Below, piece after piece: positions 61,932 through 64,000 of a DNA stretch of 64,000 bases (positions are counted from its first letter, which is position 1; each line of letters starts with the position of its first letter). The notes under the pieces were generated by a model. The model had not been told where the DNA came from and searched no databases. It worked only from the letters and a program-made list of their open reading frames with translations. The translations under genes and the position numbers were made by a program. The DNA comes from Marsupella aquatica (taxonomy: Eukaryota > Plantae > Marchantiophyta), in contig OZ316891.1 of NCBI GenBank assembly GCA_973895155.1, forward strand, positions 4,497,708 through 4,561,707, read 5' to 3'.

Positions 61932-64000
61932 GAAGCAGAGCTACCAAAACCACCAATAAAAATACCTTCAATCACTAGGTGTAACCGAACACATCCACAG
62001 TACCAACCCTACACGACAGTTTAACGATTAGGACTCGTGAAGTATTATATTCGCTGCGCAAGGGTAGGACTTGTTTATTTAAATATGTCCTTACAAGACG
62101 CGCCTCAATGCAAAGGTCGAAACACTCATCGTGAAAGGTTCACCCAAGGGTCTTCGTTCCAAATCTTACAACAGAAGTGAGCCTATTTGTGGTACTTGTT
62201 GTCAAGACGACGACAACAATAGTTACAAGAAAACTCCAAAGAATGTAAACACGCCATTAACATCAACCTCGAACAAATTGGAACTCCTGCATCATTCATT
62301 CCGCAGAATTCAATGCGGAGAGGATTCTGCCTATCTCCAGGATCAGTACCACCCATCCACAATGCTCCTATATCGATGGGGAGAACTCTAAGTCGCACGA
62401 GTCTCTTGTACAACCGGCGTGCACATTTGACACGATTTTCAAGGAAGACAGCCATTTTTCACAATACCTGTTGTCCACGGAGTGCAATCGACCTTCCGTT
62501 GTGCCTCCTAAACCCGGCAACACTGCGACATCAGAGATGAAGATGAGTCTCCAAACAAAACAAAGGAAAATGATTCTCACAGGAGGATGCGATAAGTTTA
62601 TCGCACTCCACATTCGAATTGAAAATATGACTTCCTCAGACACCTAAGCCCTGAATTCAATCTTTCACAAAAATGACAACTTCGATAAATTTATCGGATT
62701 CTCAATTACTCCTCTTTCCATGAAAGGAATGAAGACTCCGATAAATTTATCGAAATGAAGGCAACACCTCTCTAAACACTGGATCAAATGATTGCAACAG
62801 AGGAATGCAGAATGCGATACATTTATCGCTCGGATCTGGACATTTTACACTAAATGACTAGTTAGTCTTACATGGAGAACTTGAATAGGAATGGCTGTTC
62901 CGATAAATTTATCGGGTTTTCGGTAGAAAGAGTCGAATTGCTTGGGAGGAATGTAAGACTTGATGGGAGTTTGGTATTTGCTCTCAGTCAAGAGATATTT
63001 GCTCTGGCGAAAGCAAACGTTTTATGGGCAGCCCGCTCCTCTTTATATAGGAGACGCTCTAAACCATGGTTAATTTCCCCTTAACCATGGTTAAGTTTCC
63101 CTTTTACCTGGGTTAGTGCGTGGTCGTTCCTGGATTACAAGGTTCGGACCAAGTTACTCGCAGTTTGGACTTTTTCACTGACGGAATGTAAAACCCGATG
63201 CACGTATCGCTCCCTGCATTCCCGCGGTGATGCAATGGAGGAAAGTGGCATTTCGGAGAGTTTTTGCCAATTTTATCGGTCATTGCATTGCCTTAGAAAA
63301 AAAATGGGATCGGGCTAAACGAGAACTCCAACACACTTCTCGGTCGGTCCAAAATCGTGTTTAGAGTCAAATATTCAAAATTGTATGTACCAAATGATGA
63401 AAAATTGTTACTGTCCATACCATTAGAGTCAAATATTCAAAACTGTATACATGTAGCAAATGATGAAAATTGTTACTCGATAGTGGATGTGGAGTTCCAC
63501 GAAAGAAGCCGGCCACAATCTCGTTATGGTGACTAAACTTACAGTCACTGATGGATATGTGGGGCTTCGTTCTCTTGCGAACCCCTGGAGGTGGCCATGG
63601 TCTTTTGAACGCTTCCCGCACCTGTAGTGTATCTGATTCTGCTCTACCAGAACACCTGTAGTGTATCTGATTCTGCTCTACCAGAAGGTAACCGGTGTGT
63701 CATTGAAACATTCTTGAATGAAGTCTTTCATATCTGTGATATCCAGCAAAGTTGGATTATACGATAACAATCCGCGGTTTGTTAGACTATAGCTGAATCT
63801 CAGGACTTACGTGTTACGCGACAACAATCAGCGGTTTGTTGAAGGAGTATCAAAAGCTAGTTTTATGGAACACGTTATGTGCGTAGTAGGAGTACTACTA
63901 CTACTACTACTGACTTGAGAGCCTGCCAAACTCTGTAGATGACAATGAGAGCCTGACTTGAGAGCCTGCCGAACTCTGTAGTGGCTAGCCGGACGAGAAC

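Larger units (their letters stand above)
40832..63360 (+). mobile_element. Large Sola-like (DUF7869-type) TIR transposon with cargo genes (about 12 kb excluding the nested CACTA)
   Basis: Imperfect TIRs CACGATTTCGGACCGAACGAGAA (40834) and TTCTCGGTCGGTCCAAAATCGTG (ending 63359), flanked by TTAG(A) on both sides (TSD 4-5 bp, exact ends +/-2 bp). The CGATAAATTTATCG palindrome is shared by both arms. Confidence 0.72.

Overview
This is eukaryotic, intron-containing, transposon-dense DNA. Scattered AAACCCT(A) telomere-type motifs, a plant-type 2OG-dioxygenase and a plant-type trpD exon point to a land plant, probably a non-seed plant (inference). No intact host housekeeping gene is evident. The window is a nested stack of elements, most with boundaries readable from TIRs and TSDs. 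(1) 1-16.4 kb is a multi-ORF region with two RPA70C-like OB-fold ORFs, a SAM-like gene and a ParB-like pseudogene. It contains a small CACTA (9948-13416), which in turn holds a CCCTGGG-TIR element with an 8-bp TSD (10776-12736). (2) A P-element-like DDE transposon starts at 16600. Its ~1,490-codon transposase is split in frame by a 17-kb Pack-CACTA (20621-37610, TSD GAA) carrying host gene fragments, a 4.1-kb TG..CA element and a ~575-bp satellite. (3) A ~22.5-kb Sola-like TIR element (about 40832-63360) encodes a DDD transposase, a ParB-like plus prokaryote-type N4/N6 amino-DNA-methyltransferase fusion and an F-box-like protein. It is studded with a 14-bp palindrome, CGATAAATTTATCG. (4) Nested inside it is a CACTA (from 45757) whose transposase first intron holds a SET-domain exon, with a solo LTR (53584-55940, TSD GAATG) in the transposase. 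The most interesting signal is DNA transposons carrying their own DNA- and chromatin-modifying enzymes alongside element-specific palindromic sites. Most recognisable coding regions are degraded, mainly by C>T/G>A transitions. All domain calls were made by eye and need HMM confirmation.
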